64,000 nucleotides of DNA from Nitrospirota bacterium. Its GTDB lineage: Bacteria > Nitrospirota > UBA9217. The translations under genes and the position numbers were made by a program. Numbering within the stretch: the stretch's first letter is position 1; each line of letters opens with the position of its first letter. The stretch spans positions 544,001-608,000 of the forward strand of contig CAVTRN010000001.1 of the NCBI GenBank assembly GCA_963737155.1, in the 5' to 3' direction. The notes below the pieces were generated by a model that was given only the letters and a program-made list of their open reading frames with translations, had not been told where the DNA came from and made no database searches. Positions 1-9,427 of the stretch are shown piece after piece.

Positions 1-2
1 AG

Positions 3-3000
3 ATGGTTAGGATCTTCTGTGAGTCAAGGATCAACCTCAACATCACCAGTCTGGCATCTCCTGCCTTGCAGCATATCAACTCGCGCATCTTTGAGGTACC
101 AGGCTGCCGTGGCTTCCTGATTACGTCGACTGCAAAAGACTTGGAGCGCTACTACATCCCGGATGAGGAAATCGTGGTTGCCTCCTCCATTGAGGAATTG
201 ACGGACAAGGCGCGACACTATCTGTCTCATGACACGGAACGCGAGGCAATAGCGCGACGGGGATATCAGCGAACGATGCAAGAGCATACTTGGGCACATC
301 GATTCGGCAATATTTTATCAGCGATAGGGTTTCATGCGATCCCCGCTGCGGCGTCCACTTCCTTTCAGGAGCGGAATATAATTTCTGGAGCGGCCAGCAG
401 GTCAGTCTCGATTTCAGTGTGTGCATACAACAACCTGGAATATACAAAACTATGTATTGAAAGCATTCTGCATTTTACCCCCGGGGATTATGAGTTACTT
501 TTAGCGGACAATGGATCGACCGACGGCACGCTCGACTATTTTGAGTCCATAAAAAAGATTCATCCGCGCACGCGGGTGATCAAGTATTTCCGGAACAACA
601 TCGTCGAGAGCGTCGGAAACTATTGTATGTCCCTTACCAATAGTGAGTACTTCGTTAGTATGACGAACGACCTGCTCGTGCACGAGCACTGGTGTGAGAA
701 TTTCATCGATCAGATCGATGCTGCTGACGACATCGGAGTGGTCGGCCCTCGCTCCAACAGCATCAGTGGACCTCAGTATCTGCCATGTTCCTACCAGACA
801 ATCGAGGAATACGCTGCCCTGGCCGAACAGCTGAGCCAATCGAACAAGGGCCGCAGCTTCGCCGTGGATCGTATGGTAGGCATGTGCTACATTATGAAGA
901 AAAAGGTTTTCGAACGGGTCGGCGGAGTCGACCCAGAATTGCCGACCAACGGCAGAGACGGTGGATATGGTTTCAGCGATGACGATTTATCCGTTCGGCT
1001 GAGGTTGGCGGGGTACCGTATGCTTGTTGCAGATGATGTTCTGATTCACCATTATGGAAGCAAGACGGTCAGCAGGAACCGGCCTGACATTTTTGAGAAG
1101 CCGCAGAATATCAACAAGGGAAAATACCTGAAAAAACTTCTGAGCAATCCTCGCGTAGCAATCGGAAAGCACGGAGAAGTCTCAATTAAGCCGTTTGCCT
1201 TGAACGAGCCGGTTCCTCTTGATGAGAAAACGATCATACGACACCTGCGAATTTGCGTCGTCATGATAGGTGGCGGAAGCCCGCCGAAAATGCATGCACA
1301 AAACCGGTATACCAGTCTTCGGGAGGAGTTTCCGTCCGTCGAGATATCCACTGCTGATAGCGATATTACCTCGTGGCTGCTGTCAAAGGGATTGGAAAGC
1401 ACTTATGATATCGCCCTCTTTCTCGATACGCGGCTCTCTCCTGAGTTCGAGACCGTTCGGTCACTCCTGGATGCCGCTCTCTGTCATCCTGATGTCGCCA
1501 TTTTGGTTCCCGTGAGTAACCACGCTCCTTCCACTCATGCGACGCCCTCGGCAGGCGGTGGTGCCGTTGAAATTATTCCTTATGCGGACCTCTCCTTGTG
1601 CGCCATGCACCTGCGGCCAGTGCGTCCCTGCCTTAAACCGTTGACGGGGGCTTGGCAGGGTGGAGACCCGCTTTGGTTCCTGCAGCGCCGCATTCGCGGA
1701 GATGGCTATTTCGTCGCCAAGGCAAATAATCTTATCGTGACATCTGGACAGGCTCCGGAACGACATCCGTACGATGCGCTTGTCCTGCCGGAGCAGCTGG
1801 TTAGCGACAACAGATATGCTGAGGCAGCTGAAATCTACAAAGAAGACCTCCGGAGAGATCCGTCATTCGTCCAATCGCACTATCAGCTTGCATGCATTCT
1901 TCATAAAGGGGGCCGACCTGTCGAGGCTATCCAGGAAATTGAACATGCACTCAAGATCGACCCCGATTATATTGAAGCCTATGTTTTTCTTTCCCGTTAT
2001 TATCTGGCAAATGGCTCTCTCGCACAGGCTGAACAGTATGTTCGTCTCGCTCAGCTGAAACAGCCGGGGAACACCGAAGTACAGCAGTTAGTTGACGAAT
2101 TTGCCGAAAGAAAGAGCCTCCACCAGAAAACTATAGCGTCAAAAGAAAAAGAAATTGAAACCTTGCTTGCATTGGTAAATCAGGATGCTGCTCAAGGGAA
2201 GTGGTTCGAGGCTGCTACAAAATTATATGAGTTTATCAGTAAACATCCTGAAGCCGGTGTATGCTACGCCGCCCTCGGTTCGGTGTTGGCCAGAAAGGGC
2301 GACCTTGCCGGCGCAATTGAGCCCCTTGAAAGGGCGGTGAAGCTGCTTCCGAACGAACCTACCGTCGGCGTGCAGCTCGCACAACTCTATCGGGCAGTGG
2401 GACTTCAAAAAAAGGCAGTTGAGCAGATCATCGAAACGGTAAACAAAGCGCCCGCGGACCCCGATGCCCTTTTCACGTTCGCCACTATCGCGGGAGATAT
2501 CGGCAACGATGACGCGGCACAGGCGACTCTTTCAGAATTAGCAAAGATAGCGCCAAACTATCCCGGAATGAAGGAACTGCAAAATCAACTGGCTCAAAAG
2601 CATAAAACACCAGCACAACCGGAGCGGAATATCGACGACAATCCCGATCAACTTCTGAGGCGGGGAAACGCCTTTCTTGCCGCAAGAGAATGGCAGAAGG
2701 CAATCGATGACTTTGAGTGCGTCATAAAGTTGTTGCCGAACGTCGCTTCCGAGCTGAACCCCTGCCTGGGATACGCCTATTCGCAGATTGGTCGCTTTGA
2801 AGAGGCAGTCGCTTGCTATAAAAAGATCCTGATGGACAACCCGCGCTCCGCCGCCGCCTATTATAACCTGGGCAAAGCATATAAAGACCAGGGTAATTTT
2901 GATAGCGCAAAATCCTGTTATACTGATGCGCTTGAGCTTGACCCAAAGCATGTGGATAGTTGTTTCAATCTCGCGAATCTGAACCGTAACTTGGGCGAAC

Positions 3001-6000
3001 TGGATGATGCGATCTCTTGGTATGAAAAGACCCTAAAGCTGGCCGGGACTCACTTCGGGGCCCTATGCAACATGGGTGTTGCGTATCGCGAAAAGGGGGA
3101 ACTTTCCAAGGCTGAGAAAATATACAACGAAGCGATCAGTATCAAACCCAACTTCGCTGACGCCTATTGGAATCTAGGAATTGTGAATCTGCTGCGCGGT
3201 GATTTCCAGGAAGGCTGGAAAGGGTATGAATGGCGGTGGCGCAAAAGCGATTTCGCGCACGCAAAAAGGGATTTTAAGCAGCCGCAATGGGACGGCTCCT
3301 CGTTAACAGGCAAGACAATCCTAGTGCATGCCGAGCAAGGCATGGGAGACATGATCCAGTGCTTGCGTTTCCTTCCACTCTTGGCACAACGCGGAGGGAA
3401 AGTTATCGTGGAATGCCAGAAAGAACTTATGGCAATCGCGAGAACCGTTCAGGGCGTTCAGGAAGTAATTCCGCGAGGCAAGCCACTGCCTTTTTTTGAC
3501 GTCCATTGTCCGGTAATGACCCTCCCTTCAATCTTCGTGAACTCCCTGGAACAAATTCCGGCTGCCGTTCCGTATATATCCCTTGACAGCGCAGTCAGGG
3601 AAAAGTGGCTCAGCATACTGAAAAGGGATCCTGCACAGTTCAAGGTCGGCATTGTCTGGGCGGGAAATCAACAATATAAAAACGACATGAATCGTTCGTG
3701 TCCCATCACAGTATTTGCAAAATTGTTTAACATTGACCGCGTGTCGTTCTATAGCCTGCAGAAGGGCGAACCGGCCGCTCAACTGAGAGATGCTGGCAAG
3801 TTTGGAAACGTTATCGACACGAGCGCCGAACTGAATGATTTTATGGACACGGCCTGCCTGATGGAATGCCTTGACCTGGTGATCTCCGTGGACACAGCCG
3901 CGGCGCATCTTGCCGGAAGTCTCGGGAAAAATGCTTGGACCTTGCTGCCATTCGCACCTGACTGGCGCTGGATGCTTTCGAGGAATGATTCTCCCTGGTA
4001 CCCCACAATGCGTCTATTCAGGCAAAAAAAGGCCAGGGACTGGGAATGTCTGATCGATATCGTAAGGGAAGCATTGCAGGATGAGATAAAGAAACAGCCG
4101 GCGCAAGCTAGCATAGAAACGGCCGCTGCTGGTCGAATGTCCGCGAGACAGCCATCCAGCGGGGGCCTCATATCGATCATACTGTATGGTCTCCATCAAC
4201 GCAAGGTCGTTCAGCAATGCCTGTCAAGCATCAAGCTCAATACACCGGAACCGCACGAGGTTATCTTTATCACGGAGGCCGACGACGCGGGCATGAAATG
4301 GTTAAAACACGAAACCGCCTCTTATCCGGCTTATCGCATCGTGCAAACATCACTCGCTTCGGAATTTGTCAAAAGCTTTAACCACGCTATCCAGGAATCA
4401 ACCGGTGACTACCTTGTGTTAATGTCCGCTGACTGCTGCGTATCAGAACACTGGCTCTCCGACATGATCACGTGTCTGACGCACACCCCGGCTGCCGGCA
4501 TTGTGGGGCCTATGACAAATCTCGGGCAAGGCTTGCAAAAGACAGATCTCATTCTGGAAGATTTGACTGATAAGCTTCATGAGGCAATGAGCTGCTTTCG
4601 GATGAGGAATCATCATCGTCGTACTCCAACAGGTAAGGTTTCAGAATTTTGCATGCTTTTTAAGAAATCGCTTGTTCAGGAAATTGGGCTTTTTGAGGAA
4701 AAATTAGGCCTGCAAACCTTCGCAGACGATTATTGTCTGAGGGCAACTCTGCTCGGGCACAAGAATATGATCGCGGGCGATGTATATGTTCACAGAAGCA
4801 CTACAAAAGACCATTCCCGCAATACTCTGTCGGATCGTAAAACTCTTAAGAACAAATGGAACAATATAGATATGAACAGTGCGCTGGGTCGAAAACTGAT
4901 CGTGATGACCGCGATCGAGCAGGCATGGGAATTTCAAGGCCGGGAGCAGACAGAAAATGCGGCGGAACTCCTGCTTAAGGAGATAAAACGAAATCCTAAT
5001 GAAAGAGAACTATACTACAATTTCGCTGAAATCGTGATGCAGACAAAACAATTTAAGGAAGCTCTCGATGTCCTCGCCATGATGTCACAAGATGATCTCG
5101 ATATGCGCAAGCTTATCCTGACGGGATATTGCGAGGAAGGGCTCGGTCATCATGACGATGCCGAGCGAATTGCAGATCAAGTTCTCATTTCCGGTAAACA
5201 CGCCGCTAAGGCGCTAAATTTGAAAGGCGCTGTAGCGTATATAAAAGGCGACTCCGGAAAAGCAGAGTTTTTTTTCAAACAGGCTATCGATTGCGACCCC
5301 GGCTATGGAGAGCCCTATACAAATCTCGGCATATTAAAGTGGGCCGAGAAAAAAATCGCAGAGGCATTGGACTTGCTCGAAAGAGGATTCATTCTTTCCC
5401 CGACAATCACAGATATCGCGGTATCATACTATTCGGCGATAACCTCGGAGAAGGCATGGAACCGTGTCGAAAGAATATTTCAGGAGGCAAAGTCCCTTCA
5501 TCCGTCGAATCGGCGCATTGTTTTTCTCCTCATTGAAATTCTTCTCAGGGTGGAAAAACACATTTCAGCTATGGATGAAATCGAGAAAGCCATAATCAGG
5601 TTTGGCATTGACGATGGCATTATTAAGGCGGCTCTTGCCGTCCGAAAAAAAATAGGACCGGTTACTATTCGCAAGTCCTCTAAACGCGGCGCGACGCTGT
5701 CACTCTGCATGATCGTAAAAAATGAAGTACGCAGCCTAGCCAAGTGCCTTAGCAGTGTGAAAAACATAGTCGACGAAATGATCGTGGTTGATACAGGCTC
5801 GACTGATGGAACAAGGGACATCGCGGAGGTTTTCGGGGCGCAGCTTTACGATTTCCCATGGAATGGAAACTTTTCCGAGGCGCGCAACTATTCCCTTGGC
5901 CGGGCCAACGGCGACTGGGTTCTGGTTCTTGACGCTGATGAAGTGATCTCCCATCAGGACCACGCGGCTCTGCGGAGCCTCATAGCCCCGCCGAGCGCAG

Positions 6001-6923
6001 TGCCACCTGCCTATACTTTCGCTACAAGGAACTATCTTATGGCCGTGCATAATATCGGATGGATCGCCAACGATGGAATGTATCCGGATGAAGAAACGGG
6101 TACGGGGTGGGTGAGCAGCACCAAAGTAAGATTGTTTGTCCGCGACAAAAGAATCCAGTTTGTAAATCCGGTTCACGAACTTGTTGAACCGTCTTTGAAG
6201 AGGATCGGTGCCAAGGTAAAATACTGCGCTGTCCCGATTCATCACTACGGGAAAATGGATACGGACTTTGACGTTTTAAAAGGTCAGGAATACTACCTGC
6301 TCGGCAAAAAAAAGCTTGAAGAAAAAGGAAATGATCTTAATGCCATCCAGGAGTTGGCAATCCAGGCAGCCGGTTTGGGCAAGAACGAAGAAGCCCGTGA
6401 TCTCTGGCGGCAAGCCTTGAGCATCCGCCCTGATATGTTGGCCGCCCATATTAACATTGCAAACACCTACCTGATTATGAACAATTTTACCGAAGCCCTG
6501 GATTCGGCAAAGAAGGCAATTGCCCTAGGGCCCGGCATGCGTGAGGTTATTTGCAATTATGCGGTGTGTGAGCTGTACGCTGGCGACATTGAACGCAGCG
6601 TTGAGGTGCTCGAATCATTTATAAAGAAAGAAAAAGAATATCCTCTGGCGATCGTCATGCTACTTGCGGCATACTTTGGCTCAGGAAAAAAAGACAAGGG
6701 GTCTGAGCTGCTAACGTCTCTCAAACTTACCGGTTCTTCAGCGTTTGCAGATGCGATTTCACCTTTTATCAATAAACTGATGCAGGCCGGGAGAGTTGGT
6801 TATGCCAATGCAATACTCGAAGCACTGCTCGAACACAAGATATCCAGCAATAGAATATTAAGCTTGCACAAAGAGTGCGAGGGAAAAATGCTGATGTTGG
6901 AAACTACTCCAGAGATACTCTAA
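3..6923 (+). CDS. Giant multidomain glycosyltransferase/TPR protein (CgeB-like GT-B C-terminus, several GT2 domains, GT9-like domain, TPR arrays); probable flagellin glycosylation enzyme; probably 5'-partial
   Basis: SRINLN..NSRIFEVPGCRGF (CgeB/Glyco_trans_1_2 tail at the very start, so the N-terminus likely lies outside the window); GT2 motifs ADNGSTDGT and LSLCMIVKNE..VDTGSTD..LDADE; GT9-like EQGMGDMIQ..DLVISVDTAAAHLAG; many TPRs (AYYNLG, AYWNLG); converges on flaF. Confidence 0.85.
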   Translation: MVRIFCESRINLNITSLASPALQHINSRIFEVPGCRGFLITSTAKDLERYYIPDEEIVVASSIEELTDKARHYLSHDTEREAIARRGYQRTMQEHTWAHRFGNILSAIGFHAIPAAASTSFQERNIISGAASRSVSISVCAYNNLEYTKLCIESILHFTPGDYELLLADNGSTDGTLDYFESIKKIHPRTRVIKYFRNNIVESVGNYCMSLTNSEYFVSMTNDLLVHEHWCENFIDQIDAADDIGVVGPRSNSISGPQYLPCSYQTIEEYAALAEQLSQSNKGRSFAVDRMVGMCYIMKKKVFERVGGVDPELPTNGRDGGYGFSDDDLSVRLRLAGYRMLVADDVLIHHYGSKTVSRNRPDIFEKPQNINKGKYLKKLLSNPRVAIGKHGEVSIKPFALNEPVPLDEKTIIRHLRICVVMIGGGSPPKMHAQNRYTSLREEFPSVEISTADSDITSWLLSKGLESTYDIALFLDTRLSPEFETVRSLLDAALCHPDVAILVPVSNHAPSTHATPSAGGGAVEIIPYADLSLCAMHLRPVRPCLKPLTGAWQGGDPLWFLQRRIRGDGYFVAKANNLIVTSGQAPERHPYDALVLPEQLVSDNRYAEAAEIYKEDLRRDPSFVQSHYQLACILHKGGRPVEAIQEIEHALKIDPDYIEAYVFLSRYYLANGSLAQAEQYVRLAQLKQPGNTEVQQLVDEFAERKSLHQKTIASKEKEIETLLALVNQDAAQGKWFEAATKLYEFISKHPEAGVCYAALGSVLARKGDLAGAIEPLERAVKLLPNEPTVGVQLAQLYRAVGLQKKAVEQIIETVNKAPADPDALFTFATIAGDIGNDDAAQATLSELAKIAPNYPGMKELQNQLAQKHKTPAQPERNIDDNPDQLLRRGNAFLAAREWQKAIDDFECVIKLLPNVASELNPCLGYAYSQIGRFEEAVACYKKILMDNPRSAAAYYNLGKAYKDQGNFDSAKSCYTDALELDPKHVDSCFNLANLNRNLGELDDAISWYEKTLKLAGTHFGALCNMGVAYREKGELSKAEKIYNEAISIKPNFADAYWNLGIVNLLRGDFQEGWKGYEWRWRKSDFAHAKRDFKQPQWDGSSLTGKTILVHAEQGMGDMIQCLRFLPLLAQRGGKVIVECQKELMAIARTVQGVQEVIPRGKPLPFFDVHCPVMTLPSIFVNSLEQIPAAVPYISLDSAVREKWLSILKRDPAQFKVGIVWAGNQQYKNDMNRSCPITVFAKLFNIDRVSFYSLQKGEPAAQLRDAGKFGNVIDTSAELNDFMDTACLMECLDLVISVDTAAAHLAGSLGKNAWTLLPFAPDWRWMLSRNDSPWYPTMRLFRQKKARDWECLIDIVREALQDEIKKQPAQASIETAAAGRMSARQPSSGGLISIILYGLHQRKVVQQCLSSIKLNTPEPHEVIFITEADDAGMKWLKHETASYPAYRIVQTSLASEFVKSFNHAIQESTGDYLVLMSADCCVSEHWLSDMITCLTHTPAAGIVGPMTNLGQGLQKTDLILEDLTDKLHEAMSCFRMRNHHRRTPTGKVSEFCMLFKKSLVQEIGLFEEKLGLQTFADDYCLRATLLGHKNMIAGDVYVHRSTTKDHSRNTLSDRKTLKNKWNNIDMNSALGRKLIVMTAIEQAWEFQGREQTENAAELLLKEIKRNPNERELYYNFAEIVMQTKQFKEALDVLAMMSQDDLDMRKLILTGYCEEGLGHHDDAERIADQVLISGKHAAKALNLKGAVAYIKGDSGKAEFFFKQAIDCDPGYGEPYTNLGILKWAEKKIAEALDLLERGFILSPTITDIAVSYYSAITSEKAWNRVERIFQEAKSLHPSNRRIVFLLIEILLRVEKHISAMDEIEKAIIRFGIDDGIIKAALAVRKKIGPVTIRKSSKRGATLSLCMIVKNEVRSLAKCLSSVKNIVDEMIVVDTGSTDGTRDIAEVFGAQLYDFPWNGNFSEARNYSLGRANGDWVLVLDADEVISHQDHAALRSLIAPPSAVPPAYTFATRNYLMAVHNIGWIANDGMYPDEETGTGWVSSTKVRLFVRDKRIQFVNPVHELVEPSLKRIGAKVKYCAVPIHHYGKMDTDFDVLKGQEYYLLGKKKLEEKGNDLNAIQELAIQAAGLGKNEEARDLWRQALSIRPDMLAAHINIANTYLIMNNFTEALDSAKKAIALGPGMREVICNYAVCELYAGDIERSVEVLESFIKKEKEYPLAIVMLLAAYFGSGKKDKGSELLTSLKLTGSSAFADAISPFINKLMQAGRVGYANAILEALLEHKISSNRILSLHKECEGKMLMLETTPEIL

Positions 6924-7281
6924 GGCCGGTTGCAAGGCTCAGATTTATATTGATGATACTGGTCAGTTTTTCCGGAGAAGAAAGTGCCATAACATCGAAA
7001 ATCTGTTTGCTAACATAAACCCCAAGTGAAAGAATATCCTCTCGGAGTTTCTTCGGAAGCGGATTGTCCTGTTTTGCGAGCTCACTCATAAATATGTTCC
7101 AGATCATCTGGTTATATTTGATCGCCTCCTTAAGGGCGGCGCTGCGATCTGCGGCATTCCAATTTTCCTGACACTGCTGAAACATCAGGGCTCCTCTGGT
7201 GAACACCGACGCTTCTAGTTCTCTCCCAGTCATCGTGGTTTTCTGGACTGTCCGGTATGCCTCAATTTGTTTTGCTAGCAT
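6904..7281 (-). CDS. flaF: Flagellar biosynthesis regulator FlaF
   Basis: AY..V.....RELEA, NQMIW.IF..EL....NPLP..LR..I.SL, IININ..LA.GL motifs; follows flbT. Confidence 0.9.
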   Translation of the reverse strand: MLAKQIEAYRTVQKTTMTGRELEASVFTRGALMFQQCQENWNAADRSAALKEAIKYNQMIWNIFMSELAKQDNPLPKKLREDILSLGVYVSKQIFDVMALSSPEKLTSIININLSLATGLRVSLE

Positions 7282-7660
7282 GCTTTAAGATCTCCTCTTC
7301 TAAGTTTATCAATTTTCGTGCTACCTTAAGGGCTCGGTAGTACCTGTCGTTCAGGACATGATCGCTGATCTGCTTGATGGTCTCCAACATGCTCGGGGCG
7401 GCAGTAAGAATGTCCCGGACCAGTTTCCAGTATATATTTCGATATTTGTCGAGATTTTTCTCATCCACATACATAAGCTGGACCGTTAAGTATACCCGCT
7501 TACAGGGAGTGTCGGCGTCCTGTCCACGCATAATGTCTTTTATGCGCAGAATGGGGACATTGTTTTCAATTATGAGGTCGCTCCTGACGTTCCCATTCAC
7601 CACGACTGCCCCCCCGATGATCAGCCGCTCGTGAGGTTTTAAAGATATCTTAAGCGCCAT
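7262..7660 (-). CDS. flbT: Flagellin translational regulator FlbT
   Basis: MALKISLKPHERLIIGGAVVVNG, PILR.KDIM...DADTPCKRVY..VQLMY, YYRALK.ARKLI..E. Confidence 0.92.
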   Translation of the reverse strand: MALKISLKPHERLIIGGAVVVNGNVRSDLIIENNVPILRIKDIMRGQDADTPCKRVYLTVQLMYVDEKNLDKYRNIYWKLVRDILTAAPSMLETIKQISDHVLNDRYYRALKVARKLINLEEEILKHASKTN

Positions 7661-7684
7661 GAATTAGCCCATTCCTCTCGCGCA

Positions 7685-8161
7685 TCAAACGTTTACATTG
7701 ATGACGGCACCTGGTTGTTCGCCGCCGGACACAGTCGTTCCGCTGCTGATTGTGCTGCTCGTGCATTGACTGACGGCATGTAAAGCTGCGGCCATTTCGG
7801 TGTCAGTCGCATTATCCGTCAGTTGTATCCCGGATAATTGTTTTTTTGTATCAGCGGACACTGACGAATTTATTGCGCTATCCAGTACCGACTTCACGGC
7901 CTTTATCGTGTCGATCCTCTGCGGACTCCCTGCAGGGAACCAGGGTGGATAAGTAGTGAAGATGGCACTGAGTTGCTTTTTGATATAATCGGCATTATTG
8001 ATGGCAGAGGGCATTTGGCTTTGTGAAGCCGGATTCTGATTTATGCTGCTGCCCGAAACCGACGAGCTGCTTGCGGACAAATCGCCATTGTTCACGCTTG
8101 GTACTGATGTGGATGATACTCCAGGCAGGGCCGACAACGATGTTATCCCGTTAATGTCCAT
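7685..8161 (-). CDS. Hypothetical Ser-rich protein between flagellin and flbT
   Basis: 158-aa ORF, GAGGAG SD upstream, low-complexity N-terminus, YPPWFPAGSPQR core, C-terminal GAVINVNV. Confidence 0.7.
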   Translation of the reverse strand: MDINGITSLSALPGVSSTSVPSVNNGDLSASSSSVSGSSINQNPASQSQMPSAINNADYIKKQLSAIFTTYPPWFPAGSPQRIDTIKAVKSVLDSAINSSVSADTKKQLSGIQLTDNATDTEMAAALHAVSQCTSSTISSGTTVSGGEQPGAVINVNV

Positions 8162-8182
8162 ATTTGCTCCTCGTTACGTATA

Positions 8183-8217
8183 ATGAAGATGGAGGGCTGC
8201 AAGCCCCCCATCTTCAT
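8183..8217 (-). terminator. Strong stem-loop 3' of flagellin (terminator or mRNA-stabilising hairpin)
   Basis: Minus strand ATGAAGATGGGGGGCT-TGC-AGCCCTCCATCTTCAT, 16-bp stem with one G-U pair, 15 nt after the flagellin stop; weak U-tract. Confidence 0.7.
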
Positions 8218-8232
8218 ATTAACGTCAAGTAA

Positions 8233-9090
8233 TTACGAGAACAGTTTCAGAACGGATTGCGCTGACTGCGATGCCAGGCTTAGTGCCGTGACGCCGAGTG
8301 ATTGCTGCGTCTGTAAGGCAAGCATATTCGCGCCCTCTTCGTTCATGTCAGCGAGCGTAAGATCACCGGAGCCTGTCTGAAGTGTGTCGATCATGGCGGT
8401 TGTAAATGACTGCCGGGCGTTGACGACCGCAAGACTGCCTGAGAGGTTCTGTGAATCCGTCTGTAGCGTTGCTATTGCTGTATTGAGGTCGGCTGAAGCA
8501 GCTGTAAGTGATGCCGTTACAAGACTACCACCGCTTACCCATTGACTGGCGCCTGTCGAGGCAGTAGTCAACCCGAGACCACCGGTGCCAGCCACTCCGG
8601 AGTCGGCAGTCACACCACTAATCGTCATTGTTGACGTGCCGGTTTGGTTAAAGGTGAGTGTCAAATTGTTGCTTTGCAGGAGATTGGTGCCATTATAGCC
8701 GGAATCTGCCGCCAGATTGTCGATCTGAGTCATAATACTGTCATATTGGGTGGCATAAGCAGAAACGCTTGTCGTGTTAGAAGTACTGAGCGCCGACTGT
8801 ACAATACCTTGAGCTGCTTGAATCAGCGAGGTTATGCCAGTGATGCCGTTGTTCGCGGCCTGGATCGTTTGAACCCCCTGCGACATCTGGTCACCCAGCG
8901 TGCTGAGCGCACTGGCAGTTTGGTTCAGATTCTGGGCGGCGAAGAAAGCTGTCGGATTATCGAGGGCGCTATTCACCTTGTTGCCGGACGACAAATCCTC
9001 CTGGGTTGTGTTTATTTGAGTCTGGATGTTCTGCAGTGAGATAAGGTTTTGCCTCATTCCCGAGGTCAATGCGATGTTAGAGATAGTCAT
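8233..9090 (-). CDS. fliC: Flagellin, alphaproteobacterial (Bradyrhizobium/Rhodospirillales-like) type
   Basis: N-terminal MRQNLISLQ..LSSGNKVNSALDNPTAFF; SGYNGTNLL; C-terminal LTLADMNEEGANMLALQTQQ.L...ALSLASQSAQSVLKLF. Confidence 0.93.
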   Translation of the reverse strand: MTISNIALTSGMRQNLISLQNIQTQINTTQEDLSSGNKVNSALDNPTAFFAAQNLNQTASALSTLGDQMSQGVQTIQAANNGITGITSLIQAAQGIVQSALSTSNTTSVSAYATQYDSIMTQIDNLAADSGYNGTNLLQSNNLTLTFNQTGTSTMTISGVTADSGVAGTGGLGLTTASTGASQWVSGGSLVTASLTAASADLNTAIATLQTDSQNLSGSLAVVNARQSFTTAMIDTLQTGSGDLTLADMNEEGANMLALQTQQSLGVTALSLASQSAQSVLKLFS

Positions 9091-9252
9091 GGTGTTTCTC
9101 CTTTTCTAGGTTTATTGCCGGCAATTCTTGCCGGACGGTGAATAGTCTAACTAATGCCGATGATACCGGCCTTTCGATCAAGGCGCCGGACCGGTCTCTT
9201 ATTATTTCTGTCCCCCTTTCTGACCGTAGATTCCTTCGCCTTTGTATACGTC

Positions 9253-9279
9253 TTATCGGCAACTCAAAAAAAAACTTTA
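9253..9279 (-). promoter_or_regulatory. Sigma28 (FliA) promoter of flagellin
   Basis: Minus strand TAAA-N15-GCCGATAA, exact consensus. Confidence 0.85.
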
Positions 9280-9345
9280 ATCGCAAATTTAAAAAACCCT
9301 TAACACGCTGCCAGTCCCGTCCATATGTTGAACTGCTTTTTTTCC

Positions 9346-9373
9346 TAAAGTTTTTTGCAGCATCGTCCGATAA
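9346..9373 (+). promoter_or_regulatory. Sigma28-like promoter for the small ORF/REC/HD-GYP/PilZ/mot operon
   Basis: TAAA-N16-TCCGATAA, back-to-back with the flagellin promoter. Confidence 0.6.
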
Positions 9374-9427
9374 GAACAGCAAAGGTATGACTACAGTTAT
9401 TAGATCGGCAAGTTCCTGCGGAGCGAC

